From: an uncultured Solirubrobacterales bacterium
GTDB lineage: Bacteria; Actinomycetota; Thermoleophilia; Solirubrobacterales; Solirubrobacteraceae
NCBI GenBank assembly: GCA_963846265.1
Contig: CAWJVJ010000005.1
Coordinates: forward strand, 601,715-665,714
DNA length: 64,000 nt
Direction of reading: 5' to 3'
The notes beneath the pieces were generated by a model. The model saw only the letters and a list, made by a program, of their open reading frames with translations. It ran no database searches and was not told the origin of the DNA. The position numbers were made by a program, and so were the translations under genes. The number at the start of each line of letters is the position of its first letter. The first letter of the stretch is position 1. This document shows, piece by piece, positions 27,348-36,851 of this stretch.

Positions 27348-29021
27348 ATGGCTGAGTTCGACCTGAAGCACAAGAGCCGCCCGCTCACCGAAGGCCCCGA
27401 GCGCGCCGCCGCCCGCGCCCAGCTGAAGGGCATCGGATACGACGACGAAGCGCTGGCCAAGCCCCTCATCGGCGTCGCCAACACGTGGATCGAGACGATG
27501 CCGTGCAATTTCCACCTGCGGGCCCTGGCGGCCAAGATCAAGGAGGGGATCCGGGAGGCCGGCGGGACGCCGATGGAGCTCAACACGATCGCGATCTCGG
27601 ACGGGATCACGATGGGCACGGAGGGGATGAAGGCGTCGCTCGTGAGCCGCGAGCTGATCGCCGACTCGATCGAGCTCGTCGCGGCCGCGCACATGTTCGA
27701 CGCGGTGATCGCAATCAGTGGCTGCGACAAGACGATTCCGGGGACGGTGATGGCGCTGTGCCGCCTGAACGTCCCGAGCCTGATGCTCTATGGCGGCTCG
27801 ATCTACCCCGGTCATTACAACGGTCGGCAGATCACCATCCAGGAGGTGTTCGAGGCGATCGGCGCGCACGCCGCCGGCCGGATCACCGACGATGAGCTGA
27901 CCGCGATCGAGGACGCCGCATCTCCCGGCGCGGGCGCGTGCGGCGGTCAGTTCACGGCGAACACGATGGCGATGGCGTTCGAGGTGCTCGGGATCTCCCC
28001 GGGCTACTCCGGGGTCCCCGCCACCGACCCGCACAAGGTCGATGTCGCCAAGGAGGCCGGACGGCTCGTCATGGACGTCCTGCGGCGCGGTCAGAAGCCG
28101 AGCGACATCATCACCCGCGACAGCCTCGAGAACGCGATCGCCGCGGTGGCGTGCAGCGGCGGCTCGACCAACGGCGTGCTCCACCTGCTTGCGGTCGCCA
28201 AGGAGATCGGCGTCGAGCTGTCGATCGACGACTTCGATCGGATCAGCGAGCTCACCCCGCTGCTGTGCGACCTGAAGCCCAGCGGTCAGTACGTCGCTCC
28301 GGACCTGTACGCCGCCGGCGGTGTCCCGCTCGTCATGAAGCGCCTGAAGGAGGCCGGGCTGCTCCACGAGAACGCGCAGACGGTCACCGGCAAGACCGTC
28401 GGGCAGCACGCGGACGAGGCTCAGGAGACCGAGGGCCAGCGGGTGGTCAGGCCGCTGAACGACCCGCTGAAGACGAGCGGAGGGCTGGTCATCCTGCACG
28501 GCAACCTCGCGCCCGACGGGTGTGTGGTGAAGGTCGCCGGCTACGAGCGGCGCAAGCAAACGGGGCGGGCGCGAGTGTTCGAGTCCGAAGAGGACGCGAT
28601 GGCGGCCGTCCGCGAGCAGGGCATCAAGCCCGGCGACGTCGTCGTCATCCGCAACGAGGGCCCCGCCGGCGGCCCCGGGATGCGCGAGATGCTCGCGGTC
28701 ACAGCCGCGCTCGTGGGGGAGGGCCTCGGCGAGGACGTCGCGCTTCTGACCGACGGCCGCTTCTCGGGCGCCACCCGCGGCCTGATGGCCGGGCACGTGG
28801 CGCCGGAATCCGTTCGCGGCGGCCCGATCGGGATCGTCCGCGACGGCGACGAGATCACGCTCGACGTCGACGCCCGCCGGCTCGACGTCAACCTCTCAGA
28901 CGACGAGATCGCGGCCCGCTTGAAGGACTACCAGCCGCCGGATCGTCCCGCTCCGGCCGCCGTGCTGGCGAAGTACGCACGGCTCGTCTCGAGCGCCTCG
29001 CTGGGCGCGGTCACGCACTAG
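27348..29021 (+). CDS. ilvD: Dihydroxy-acid dehydratase
   Basis: [64 protein letters not shown]. Confidence 0.97.
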   Translation: MAEFDLKHKSRPLTEGPERAAARAQLKGIGYDDEALAKPLIGVANTWIETMPCNFHLRALAAKIKEGIREAGGTPMELNTIAISDGITMGTEGMKASLVSRELIADSIELVAAAHMFDAVIAISGCDKTIPGTVMALCRLNVPSLMLYGGSIYPGHYNGRQITIQEVFEAIGAHAAGRITDDELTAIEDAASPGAGACGGQFTANTMAMAFEVLGISPGYSGVPATDPHKVDVAKEAGRLVMDVLRRGQKPSDIITRDSLENAIAAVACSGGSTNGVLHLLAVAKEIGVELSIDDFDRISELTPLLCDLKPSGQYVAPDLYAAGGVPLVMKRLKEAGLLHENAQTVTGKTVGQHADEAQETEGQRVVRPLNDPLKTSGGLVILHGNLAPDGCVVKVAGYERRKQTGRARVFESEEDAMAAVREQGIKPGDVVVIRNEGPAGGPGMREMLAVTAALVGEGLGEDVALLTDGRFSGATRGLMAGHVAPESVRGGPIGIVRDGDEITLDVDARRLDVNLSDDEIAARLKDYQPPDRPAPAAVLAKYARLVSSASLGAVTH

Positions 29022-29297
29022 ACCTTCTCTGGGGCGCCGTCACCCGGTGGACCTTCGTGCGCACATCCCTCCTGCACGCAGGAATGCAATGCGGCTTGCA
29101 GAAGTCTGAACAAAACGTTGCCCCAACAAAGACCCGACAGCGTGATCGGTACGATGGAGCCAATGGGGTGGTCTTAGCTGGCACGAGCGCGAGCAACATA
29201 CCTACGCCCTGCGCGAACCCCGGCGAGACCAGCCAGGCCGTCGCGCACGGCGCCGGCAGTCGCTCGGAGTTCCCGTAGGCGGGGCCCGTATCTGGCC

Positions 29298-30857
29298 TTG
29301 GGCGTGCTGGTGATACTCGTCGGCGCCGCGGCTGCTGCGGCGATCGCGGTGAAGAGCTCGAAGGCGAGCCTTAGCGCCGACTCGGTCGCGCTGGCCAGGG
29401 TCACGATGCCGCTCGGCGGCGGCACGATCGAGAGCGTGAACGCCTTCGGCGGGCCGTCGGACTCGGCCATTCCCGTGCATCTGTCGGGCAAGCAGATCTG
29501 GCCGAATGGGCGGATCCCGGCACACGAGACAGTGTCGGTACAGGTCGTGGTCAAGCGTCCCGGCTCGGTCGCGTGGATCACCGGCAAGACCCAGCGCCTG
29601 AACTTGACGCTGACCACACCGAGCGCTCGTCTGAAGGCGCACTTCCTGACGGTGGCTTCGGGCAAGCCGCTCCAGCTTCAGTTCGCCGAGCCCGTTTCGA
29701 CGGTCTCTTCGGGACCATCCGCGAGAAGCCTGAACCGCAGGGTGCTGAGCAGCCCGCAGTCGACTGTCACGCTAGCGCGGACCGCGGAGGCCGGGTCGGT
29801 GTACGTGGCGGCCGCGCCACGCTCGTGGGAGACGTCATCGGCGGCGCTCGTCAGCTGGTTCCCGGCGGGCTCGTCGACGAGTGCGATCGCGTATCCGTCC
29901 GCGGGCGGCACGATCCAGGCGAACACGCCGATCACGCTCACCTTCAACAAGCCGGTGTCGAAGGCGCTCGGCGGGTCCATGCCGCCGGTGTCGCCTCAGA
30001 CCGCGGGCACCTGGCACAAGATCAACGCCCACTCGATCCAGTTCCAGCCCACCGGGTTCGGCTACGGACTCGGGGCGCACGTCACGATCGGGCTCCCGAA
30101 CGGGGTCCGGCTGGTCGGCGCCACCCAGAGCGGCGACGCGTGGGGCACCTGGACGGTGCCGCAGGGATCGCCGCTCCGGCTCCAGCAGCTGCTGGCCGTA
30201 CTCGGGTATCTCCCGCTCCGCTTCCACTACACCGGCGGCGGTCCCGGGCGCAGCACGCCCGCCCAGCTGAACGCGGCGATCAAGCCGCCCGCCGGCAGCT
30301 TCAACTGGCGCTACCCGAACACCCCGAGCGCGCTCGTCACCATGTGGGCGCCGGGCACGTTCGGCGAGATGACCAAGGCCGCGATCATGGCGTTCGAGAA
30401 CAGCAACGGTATGACGGCCGATGGGGTCCCGGGGCCGCAGGTGTGGAACGCGCTGATCACCGCGGCCGTCGAGGGCAAGAGCAACTCGTTCGGCTACACG
30501 TTCGTACAGGTCAGCGAGGGCAGCCCTGAGAGCGAGTCGACCTGGCACAACGGCAAGACCGTGGCCTCGGGCCTCGTCAACACCGGAGTACCGGGCGCGG
30601 CGACCGCCCAGGGGGTGTTCGCCGTGTTCGAACACGCCCTGTCCGTGACGATGAGCGGCACCAACGTGGACGGCAGCCATTACGTCGACCCGGGCATCCC
30701 GTACGTGAGCTACTTCAACGGCGGGGACGCGCTGCACGGTTACATCCGCTCGGGCTACGGCTTCCCCCAGAGCAACGGCTGCGTGGAGATGCCCTACTCC
30801 GAAGCCTCCGCGGTCTACCCGTACACCCCGATCGGGACGCTCGTAGACGTCACGTAG
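29298..30857 (+). CDS. L,D-transpeptidase (YkuD) with Ig-like and peptidoglycan-binding domains
   Basis: N-terminal TM; PG-binding-like TKAAIMAFENSNGMTADGVPGPQVW; YkuD core YFNGGDALHG...SNGCV. The true start may be upstream (29163 or 29178; see findings). Confidence 0.88.
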   Translation: MGVLVILVGAAAAAAIAVKSSKASLSADSVALARVTMPLGGGTIESVNAFGGPSDSAIPVHLSGKQIWPNGRIPAHETVSVQVVVKRPGSVAWITGKTQRLNLTLTTPSARLKAHFLTVASGKPLQLQFAEPVSTVSSGPSARSLNRRVLSSPQSTVTLARTAEAGSVYVAAAPRSWETSSAALVSWFPAGSSTSAIAYPSAGGTIQANTPITLTFNKPVSKALGGSMPPVSPQTAGTWHKINAHSIQFQPTGFGYGLGAHVTIGLPNGVRLVGATQSGDAWGTWTVPQGSPLRLQQLLAVLGYLPLRFHYTGGGPGRSTPAQLNAAIKPPAGSFNWRYPNTPSALVTMWAPGTFGEMTKAAIMAFENSNGMTADGVPGPQVWNALITAAVEGKSNSFGYTFVQVSEGSPESESTWHNGKTVASGLVNTGVPGAATAQGVFAVFEHALSVTMSGTNVDGSHYVDPGIPYVSYFNGGDALHGYIRSGYGFPQSNGCVEMPYSEASAVYPYTPIGTLVDVT

Positions 30858-30918
30858 TCGGTCGCCGGCCGCGCCGCCGGGCAGGCACCGGAGCGGAGGC
30901 GGCGAATACGGTGCGTCG

Positions 30919-31848
30919 ATGCCGTCGCTCGCTCAAATGTCCGCGTGGCCGGCGGCGCTCGAAGCGTTCGACCAGGATCTGGCCCGGCGGGCCGTCGCCG
31001 CGAAGACGCGAGTGGCGTACGGCAGCGACTGCCGGCAGTTCGCGGACTGGGCCAGCGCCCACGCTGCCGAGCCCGCTCACGTCGACATCCGGACGTTGCG
31101 TCGCTACGCGGCCGGGCTGTCCGAGCAGGGGATCGCGCCGGCGACGATCGCACGCCGGCTGGCCGCGCTGCGGGGGCTGTTCCGGATCCAGATGGAGCTC
31201 GGCGCGCGGGCGGACAATCCTGCTGAGCTGCTGAGCTCGCCTAAGAAGGCCCAACGCCTACCGCGGGTCCTGAAGGCCGGCGAGGTGGCGGCACTGCTCG
31301 ACTCGATTCCGGCAAACACGCCGCTCGAGCTACGCGACCGGGCGCTGTTCGAGCTGGCCTACGCGTGCGGCCTGCGCGCCGAGGAGCTCGTCACGCTCGA
31401 CTTCGACGCGCTCGACTTCGACGCCGAATCGGTGCGGGTCGAGGGGAAGGGTGGGAAGACCCGGCTGGTCCCGGTCGGAGAGCACGCCGTCGGCGCGCTC
31501 GAGCGCTATCTGGCCCGCGGCCGCCCGGCGCTCACGGCCGAGGGCGACGGCCCGCGCGACCGCGCTCTGTTCGTCTCGAAGTCGGGGCGAAGGCTGTCGA
31601 CCTCGGACGTCAGGCGGCGTCTCAGCGGCTGGGCCAGGCGCGCAGTGGGCCGCTCGCCGGCGCTCGCCCAGGCCCATCCACATGCGCTCCGGCACTCGTT
31701 CGCGACCCATCTGCTCGACGGCGGCGCGGATCTGCGGGCGATCCAGGAACTCCTCGGCCATGCGACCATATCCACCACTCAGGTTTACACTCGCGTGGAG
31801 TCGGCCCGCCTGCGGTCCACCTATTCTCGCGCTCATCCCCGCGCATAG
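30919..31848 (+). CDS. xerC: Tyrosine recombinase XerC
   Basis: RDRALFELAYACGLRAEEL, V.GKGGK.R, HPHALRHSFATHLL, LGH, TQVYT; position after the dprA block. Confidence 0.88.
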   Translation: MPSLAQMSAWPAALEAFDQDLARRAVAAKTRVAYGSDCRQFADWASAHAAEPAHVDIRTLRRYAAGLSEQGIAPATIARRLAALRGLFRIQMELGARADNPAELLSSPKKAQRLPRVLKAGEVAALLDSIPANTPLELRDRALFELAYACGLRAEELVTLDFDALDFDAESVRVEGKGGKTRLVPVGEHAVGALERYLARGRPALTAEGDGPRDRALFVSKSGRRLSTSDVRRRLSGWARRAVGRSPALAQAHPHALRHSFATHLLDGGADLRAIQELLGHATISTTQVYTRVESARLRSTYSRAHPRA

Positions 31849-31872
31849 CGGGCCAACCGTCCTCGGGGGAAA

Positions 31873-32652
31873 TTGGAAACCAACGTCAAAGCGATCGAGT
31901 TACAGGATCTGTGGAGGCGGTTCAAGGCGACAGGCGACGAGCGTGCGCGCGAACGGCTGGTGGTCGCCTACTCGCCCCTGGTCAAGTACGTCGCCGGACG
32001 GATGAGCTCGGGGCTGCCGGCCCACGTCGAGGAATCCGACCTGATCTCGTACGGGCTCGGAGGCCTGATCTCTGCGATCCAGCGGTTCGACCTCACGCGA
32101 GAGATCAAGTTCGAGACGTACGCGATCACCCGGATCCGCGGCGCGATCATCGACGAGCTGCGGACGCTCGACTGGGTGCCGCGTTCGGTCCGCGCCCGCG
32201 CCCGGGAGATCGAGCGGGCCAACATGAAGCTCGAGGCACGGTTCCAGCGGGCGCCGACCGACGAGGAGATGGCGACCGAGCTTTCGCTGAGCGTCGAGGC
32301 CTTCCAGGAGGCGCTGATTCAGATCTCGAACTCCACGATCGTCGCCCTCGACGAGCTGTGGAGCGTGTCGGACTCGACCGGCGACGCGATCTCGCTGCTC
32401 GACACGCTGCCCGACCGCGGCGCGCCCGACCCCGAGCAGCTGATGGACCAGTCAGAGCTGCGCGACCGGATCGCCGACGCGATCGCGGCGCTGCCGGAGC
32501 GCGAGAAACTGGTCGTCGCTCTGTATTACTACGAGAACCTGACTCTGCGCGAGATCGGCGAGGTCCTCGGGGTCACGGAGTCGCGCGTCTCGCAGCTGCA
32601 CACCAAGGCGGTTCTGCGGCTGCGCTCCAAGCTGTCCGGCGAATTGGATTAG
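31873..32652 (+). CDS. whiG: FliA/WhiG-family sigma factor
   Basis: YSPLVKYVAGR, DLISYG..GL..AI.RFD, FETYAITRIRGAIIDELR.LDWVPRSVR, LREIGEVLGVTESRVSQLH. Confidence 0.9.
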   Translation: METNVKAIELQDLWRRFKATGDERARERLVVAYSPLVKYVAGRMSSGLPAHVEESDLISYGLGGLISAIQRFDLTREIKFETYAITRIRGAIIDELRTLDWVPRSVRARAREIERANMKLEARFQRAPTDEEMATELSLSVEAFQEALIQISNSTIVALDELWSVSDSTGDAISLLDTLPDRGAPDPEQLMDQSELRDRIADAIAALPEREKLVVALYYYENLTLREIGEVLGVTESRVSQLHTKAVLRLRSKLSGELD

Positions 32653-32830
32653 CGCGTTGGCCCTCGTCCTCGCTGTGAGCGAGGCTGAGACGCCTGGCCC
32701 GCGGCACTCGCGTTCGATAGGGCAGATCCGCGAAAGGGTGGAAACGCGCGGTGCCGGCGGGACTGGCGATCAGCCGAAGCGACGGCCCGGTATCGTCGAG
32801 TTTCAGACCCTTTAGAGGAAGGAGACAGGC

Positions 32831-34918
32831 ATGCACAAGGCGGCTGATCGCATCCGCAATGTGGCACTCGTCGGCCACCGCGGTAGTGGCAAGACCTCGC
32901 TGCACGAGGCGCTGCTGTTCCAGGCCGAGGCTCTGAACCGCATGGGCTCGGTGGTCGACGGGACCACGGCCTCTGACACCGACCCCGACGAGAAGGCGCG
33001 TCAGATGTCGATCACCGCGTCGATGGCCACGTTCGAGTGGCAGGACCGCAAGGTCAACCTGATCGACACCCCCGGCGACTCGAGCTTCATCGCCGACGCG
33101 CTCGGCGCCCTGCGCGTGTGCGAGTCTGCAATTTTCGTGATCAACGGGGTGATGGGCGTCGAGGTCCACGCGAGTCGCCTTTGGCAGCGTGCCGCCGAGC
33201 TCGACCTGGCGCGCCTGATCTTCGTCAACATGCTCGACCGCGAGCGTGCCGACTTCTTCCGCGCGCTCGAGTCGCTCAAGTCAGCCTTCGGCCCGCACGT
33301 GGTCGCGACTGAGATCCCGATCGGCTCCGAGCACGAGGTCCGAGGCGTCATCGATCTCGTCGACATGAAGGCCTATGAGTACGACGCCGGCGGCCGCGAC
33401 GGCTGCAAGGAGATCCCGATCCCGGCCGAGCTCTCCGACCAGGCGCAGGAGTACCGCGAGAAGCTGATGGACGAGGTCGCCGAGAATTCCGACGCGCTGA
33501 TGGAGCGCTACCTCGAGGGCGAGGAGATCTCCCACGAGGAGATCGTCACCGCGCTCAAGGAAGGCACCAACCACGGCGCGATCTTCCCCGTGACCTGCGG
33601 CGTCGCGACTCGTAACCTCGCGACCAACCGGCTGCTCGACGCGATCGTCGAAGACCTTCCCTCTCCGGTCAAGCATGGCGGCCTCGAGGTCGGCGAGGTG
33701 ACGCTCGAGCCGGTCGAGGACAAGGAGATGTTCGCCTACGTGTTCAAGACCCGCGCGGACCCGTTCGCCGGTCGCATCAACATGTTCCGGGTCTACCAGG
33801 GCGTGGTCAAACAGGACTCGCAGGTGCTGAACACTCGGACGCACACCAAGGAGCGGATCGGGCAGCTGCTGACGTTCGAGGGCAACCAGACGGGGCACGT
33901 CAACGATGTCGGCCCCGGCGACATCGGCGCCGTGGCCAAGCTCAAGGAGACCAAGGCGGGCGACTGGCTTGCCTCCCGCGACGAGCCGATCGAGATGCCG
34001 AGCATCAAGCTCCCGGCGCCGGTGATGGCGTTCGCGGTCGAACCAAAGAGCAAGGGTGATGAGGAGAAGGTGTTCACCGCGCTCAGACGCCTGCAGGAGG
34101 AGGATCCGACGATCGACCTCCATCGCGACGAGCAGACCGGCGAGCAGATCGTCGCCGGACTCTCACAGGTCCACGTCGAGGTCATCGTCGAGCGGCTGAA
34201 GTCGCGCTTCGGCGCCGAGGTCAACCTGAACCCGCCGCACGTGCCCTACCAGGAGACGATCAGAAGGCCGGCCAAGGCACACGGGCGCCATAAGAAGCAG
34301 ACCGGCGGACGCGGGCAGTTCGGCGACTGCCACATCGAGATCGAGCCGATCCATAGTGACGATCCCGCCCATGCCGGGTTCGAATTCGTCAATGCGATCA
34401 AGGGCGGTGTGATCCCAACGGGCTTCATCCCGGCAGTCGAGAAGGGAGTCCAGGACGCGATGCAGGCAGGCGTGGTCGCCGGCTTCCCGGTCAAGGACGT
34501 GCGCGTGCGCCTGTATGACGGCTCCTACCACACCGTGGACTCATCCGAGATGGCGTTCAGGCTGGCCGGCTCGCTCGCGATGAAGCAGGCGATGGAGCAG
34601 GCCGGCCCGGTGCTGCTCGAGCCGATCATGCTGGCCACGGTCGCCGTGCCCGAGGACGCCGTCGGCGATGTGATCGGCGATCTGAACTCCCGGCGCGGGC
34701 GCCCACTCGGGATGGAGCCGGTCGGCGCCGGCATGACCGAGGTCAAGGCTGAGGTGCCGATGGCCGAGATGCTCTCCTACGCCCCGGATCTGCGTTCGAT
34801 AACCGGGGGCCAGGGGGAGTTCACGATGGAGTTCCTGCGCTACGAGGAAGTCCCCGCTCACCTCGCCGGCAAGGTCGTTGAGGAAGCCCGCGCCGAGAAG
34901 GAAGCGGTGAAGGCGTAA
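32831..34918 (+). CDS. fusA: Elongation factor G-like protein (EF-G2 type)
   Basis: GHRGSGKT, DTPG, HKKQTGGRGQFGDC, YDGSYHTVDSSEMAF, LRSITGG.GEF; strong SD GAGGAAGGAG. Confidence 0.92.
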   Translation: MHKAADRIRNVALVGHRGSGKTSLHEALLFQAEALNRMGSVVDGTTASDTDPDEKARQMSITASMATFEWQDRKVNLIDTPGDSSFIADALGALRVCESAIFVINGVMGVEVHASRLWQRAAELDLARLIFVNMLDRERADFFRALESLKSAFGPHVVATEIPIGSEHEVRGVIDLVDMKAYEYDAGGRDGCKEIPIPAELSDQAQEYREKLMDEVAENSDALMERYLEGEEISHEEIVTALKEGTNHGAIFPVTCGVATRNLATNRLLDAIVEDLPSPVKHGGLEVGEVTLEPVEDKEMFAYVFKTRADPFAGRINMFRVYQGVVKQDSQVLNTRTHTKERIGQLLTFEGNQTGHVNDVGPGDIGAVAKLKETKAGDWLASRDEPIEMPSIKLPAPVMAFAVEPKSKGDEEKVFTALRRLQEEDPTIDLHRDEQTGEQIVAGLSQVHVEVIVERLKSRFGAEVNLNPPHVPYQETIRRPAKAHGRHKKQTGGRGQFGDCHIEIEPIHSDDPAHAGFEFVNAIKGGVIPTGFIPAVEKGVQDAMQAGVVAGFPVKDVRVRLYDGSYHTVDSSEMAFRLAGSLAMKQAMEQAGPVLLEPIMLATVAVPEDAVGDVIGDLNSRRGRPLGMEPVGAGMTEVKAEVPMAEMLSYAPDLRSITGGQGEFTMEFLRYEEVPAHLAGKVVEEARAEKEAVKA

Positions 34919-34967
34919 GCCGGGCATAAGGTTCCGCGGCCGCGCGCTCGTTATATTCGTCCTCCCC

Positions 34968-35690
34968 GTGGCGATCACCAAAGACATCAGGCCGTCGACC
35001 GCGCACACGATCTGCGACGTGTGTGGGCGGACGCTGCTGCGCGGCGAGCGTTCTGAGGTCTACATCGACGGCGGCGCCCGCCGCTCGGTGTGCGAGCTGT
35101 GCAAGCCCCGCGCGCTCCACGAAGGCTGGTTGCGCGAGGGAACCGTGCCGACCTACGATGAGAACGCGGCGTCCTCCGCGCGGCGCGGGTCGTTCCTGAG
35201 CCGGCTGCGCCGGCGGCGCGAGCCCGCCCCGGAACCGACCGCCTCAACGGATGTGCCGCCCGAGTTCGCGCCCGAGCCTCGCGCCGAGCCGCGCCCGGCT
35301 CCCGCCGAGCCCCGCCAAGCCGCGCGCCGGCGCGAGCGGACGCCCACCCGGGAGCCCCGCCACGTGCGCGCGGTGCCGATGGGGGCCGAACAGAAGATCG
35401 CCTCGGCGATCGCGGTGTTCAACAACTCCGAGCATCGCCGCACGGTCGCCGGCGTGGCTCGCTCGCTCGGCGCCCCCGACGTGTCGATCCACCCGAACAT
35501 GGAGCATTCGAGCTTGGTCGACATCGTCGCCTCCTGGGAGCTGTGCTGGTACCGCTACGAGGTAGACCTGTCCGACGAGGTCCCGGTCGTCCGGGTCGCC
35601 GCCCAGGGATACGAGCTCGATGAGCTCTCGCCCCAGGAGCGCCAGTCGAACGCCTCCTACGACGAGCACGGGGCGCTCGGCCCCGCCTGA
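34968..35690 (+). CDS. Hypothetical protein with an N-terminal CxxC/CxxC zinc ribbon
   Basis: CDVCGRTLLRGE...VCELCKP, Pro-rich linker, globular C-terminus with SWELCWYRYEVD; TATATT upstream. Confidence 0.8.
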   Translation: MAITKDIRPSTAHTICDVCGRTLLRGERSEVYIDGGARRSVCELCKPRALHEGWLREGTVPTYDENAASSARRGSFLSRLRRRREPAPEPTASTDVPPEFAPEPRAEPRPAPAEPRQAARRRERTPTREPRHVRAVPMGAEQKIASAIAVFNNSEHRRTVAGVARSLGAPDVSIHPNMEHSSLVDIVASWELCWYRYEVDLSDEVPVVRVAAQGYELDELSPQERQSNASYDEHGALGPA

Positions 35691-35822
35691 GGGCCAGGGC
35701 GTCGCCGTAAGCCGTCGTTGACGCAGGACGGAGCAGAGCCCCCCGGGCGCGTCTGGCCGACCCTGTAGCACTGGACAAAGGTTCGATGTGAAGCTCGCGA
35801 TGTGTCCTCTAGCATCAGGAGC

Positions 35823-36035
35823 GTGATCTATTGCGTAGTCCCAGAGGTGCTCGCCGACGAGTTGCTGGACAAGCTCGAGAACTACTACGCCGGCGACCCC
35901 AACGTCGAGGTGATTGTCGACCGCCGCAAGACCTCGCGGCGGGGACGGAGCTCGTCTGGAGGGGGCAATCGCGCGGTGCGCGACCGCCGGCGCCCCCGCG
36001 TCACCGGCGAGCTCCCCGAGCTGGCCAAGGATTGA
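35823..36035 (+). CDS. Small hypothetical protein with Arg-rich DRR motifs
   Basis: SD CAGGAG before the GTG; MIYCVVPEVLADELLDKLENYYAGDPNVEVIVDRRKTSRR...VRDRRRPR. Confidence 0.72.
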   Translation: MIYCVVPEVLADELLDKLENYYAGDPNVEVIVDRRKTSRRGRSSSGGGNRAVRDRRRPRVTGELPELAKD

Positions 36036-36057
36036 ACCTCCCCGGCAGGGGACATCG

Positions 36058-36465
36058 TTGAAGGTCGTCGTCCACGTGGACGGCGGCGCGCGCGGTAACC
36101 CCGGCCCGGCCGCGATCGGGGTCGTGATCTCCAACCCTGACGGCGAGGTGCTCGACGAGGTCGCCGAGCAGATCGGCGTCGCCACTAACAACGTCGCCGA
36201 GTATCGGGCGCTGCTTCGGGGCGTCGAGCGCGCTCGCGGGCTAGGGGCGAGCGAAATCGAGATCGTCAACGACTCCGAGCTCGTCGCCAAGCAGGTGACC
36301 GGCGCTTACAAGGTCAAGCACCCGGCGATGAAGCCGCTCCACGCCGAGGCGACGGCAGCGCTGCGCGGGTTCGAGCGGTGGCGCATCCGCAGCGTGCCGC
36401 GGGCTCAGAACGCCCGCGCCGACGAGCTGGTCAACGAGGCGCTTGACGCCGCCGGCGACGCCTGA
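36058..36465 (+). CDS. rnhA: Ribonuclease HI family protein
   Basis: VHVDGGARGNPGPAAIG, TNNVAEYRAL, NDSELVAKQV.G.YKVK, NARADEL.N. Confidence 0.94.
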   Translation: MKVVVHVDGGARGNPGPAAIGVVISNPDGEVLDEVAEQIGVATNNVAEYRALLRGVERARGLGASEIEIVNDSELVAKQVTGAYKVKHPAMKPLHAEATAALRGFERWRIRSVPRAQNARADELVNEALDAAGDA

Positions 36466-36638
36466 CCCGGTTTTCATGGGTGGCGTGCGGTCGCGATTCT
36501 GACCGCCCGCGGTAACCGCATCCGGCTTCTGGCCTGCGCGCGCTCCGCTCTTAGGTTCCAGGAGACCGCTCCGCGCGCGCCGGCATTTGCCACGGGGCAA
36601 CATCGGGTTGCCCCCTTGTAGCCGCTACGCTAGCGACC

Positions 36639-36851
36639 GTGAACGATCCCCTGTCCGAGCTGAGCGCGCGGCTCGAAGAGGCCGCCGAGCAGCTTCGCTC
36701 CCCCGACGTCGAGGTGGACGAGGTGCTGGCGCTGATTGAGGAATGCGCGCGGCTGGCCAGCGAGGCCAGCTCTCAAGTCGACGAGCGGACCCGGGCGGCC
36801 CTCGAGCCGCTGCCGGACCTTCCCGGCCAGCTCCCGCTGCCCGCCTCCTAG
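36639..36851 (+). CDS. xseB: Exodeoxyribonuclease VII small subunit-like protein (divergent)
   Basis: Helical L..RLEEAAEQL.S.DV..DE.L.L.EEC..L pattern; sits in the xseB-ispA-dxs position; TACGCT 7 nt before the GTG. Confidence 0.65.
   Translation: MNDPLSELSARLEEAAEQLRSPDVEVDEVLALIEECARLASEASSQVDERTRAALEPLPDLPGQLPLPAS

Noticed and set aside
30919-31848. Phage or ICE integrase
   Set aside because: Chromosomal XerC features and context; no att sites or mobile cargo.
32703-32790. c-di-GMP-I or ZTP riboswitch between whiG and fusA2
   Set aside because: Partial look-alikes (GGGCAGA..GAAA..ACGC; GACTGGCG..AGCGAC) lack the paired P2/P3 and the GCAAAG or GGGGAG/CGCCUGGG elements; more likely an ordinary GC hairpin.
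36466-36625. RNase P RNA, cobalamin or glycine riboswitch
   Set aside because: Too short, and it lacks GAGGAAAGUCC, the GGGAA B12 box and the GCCGAAG/CUCUCAGG pairing.
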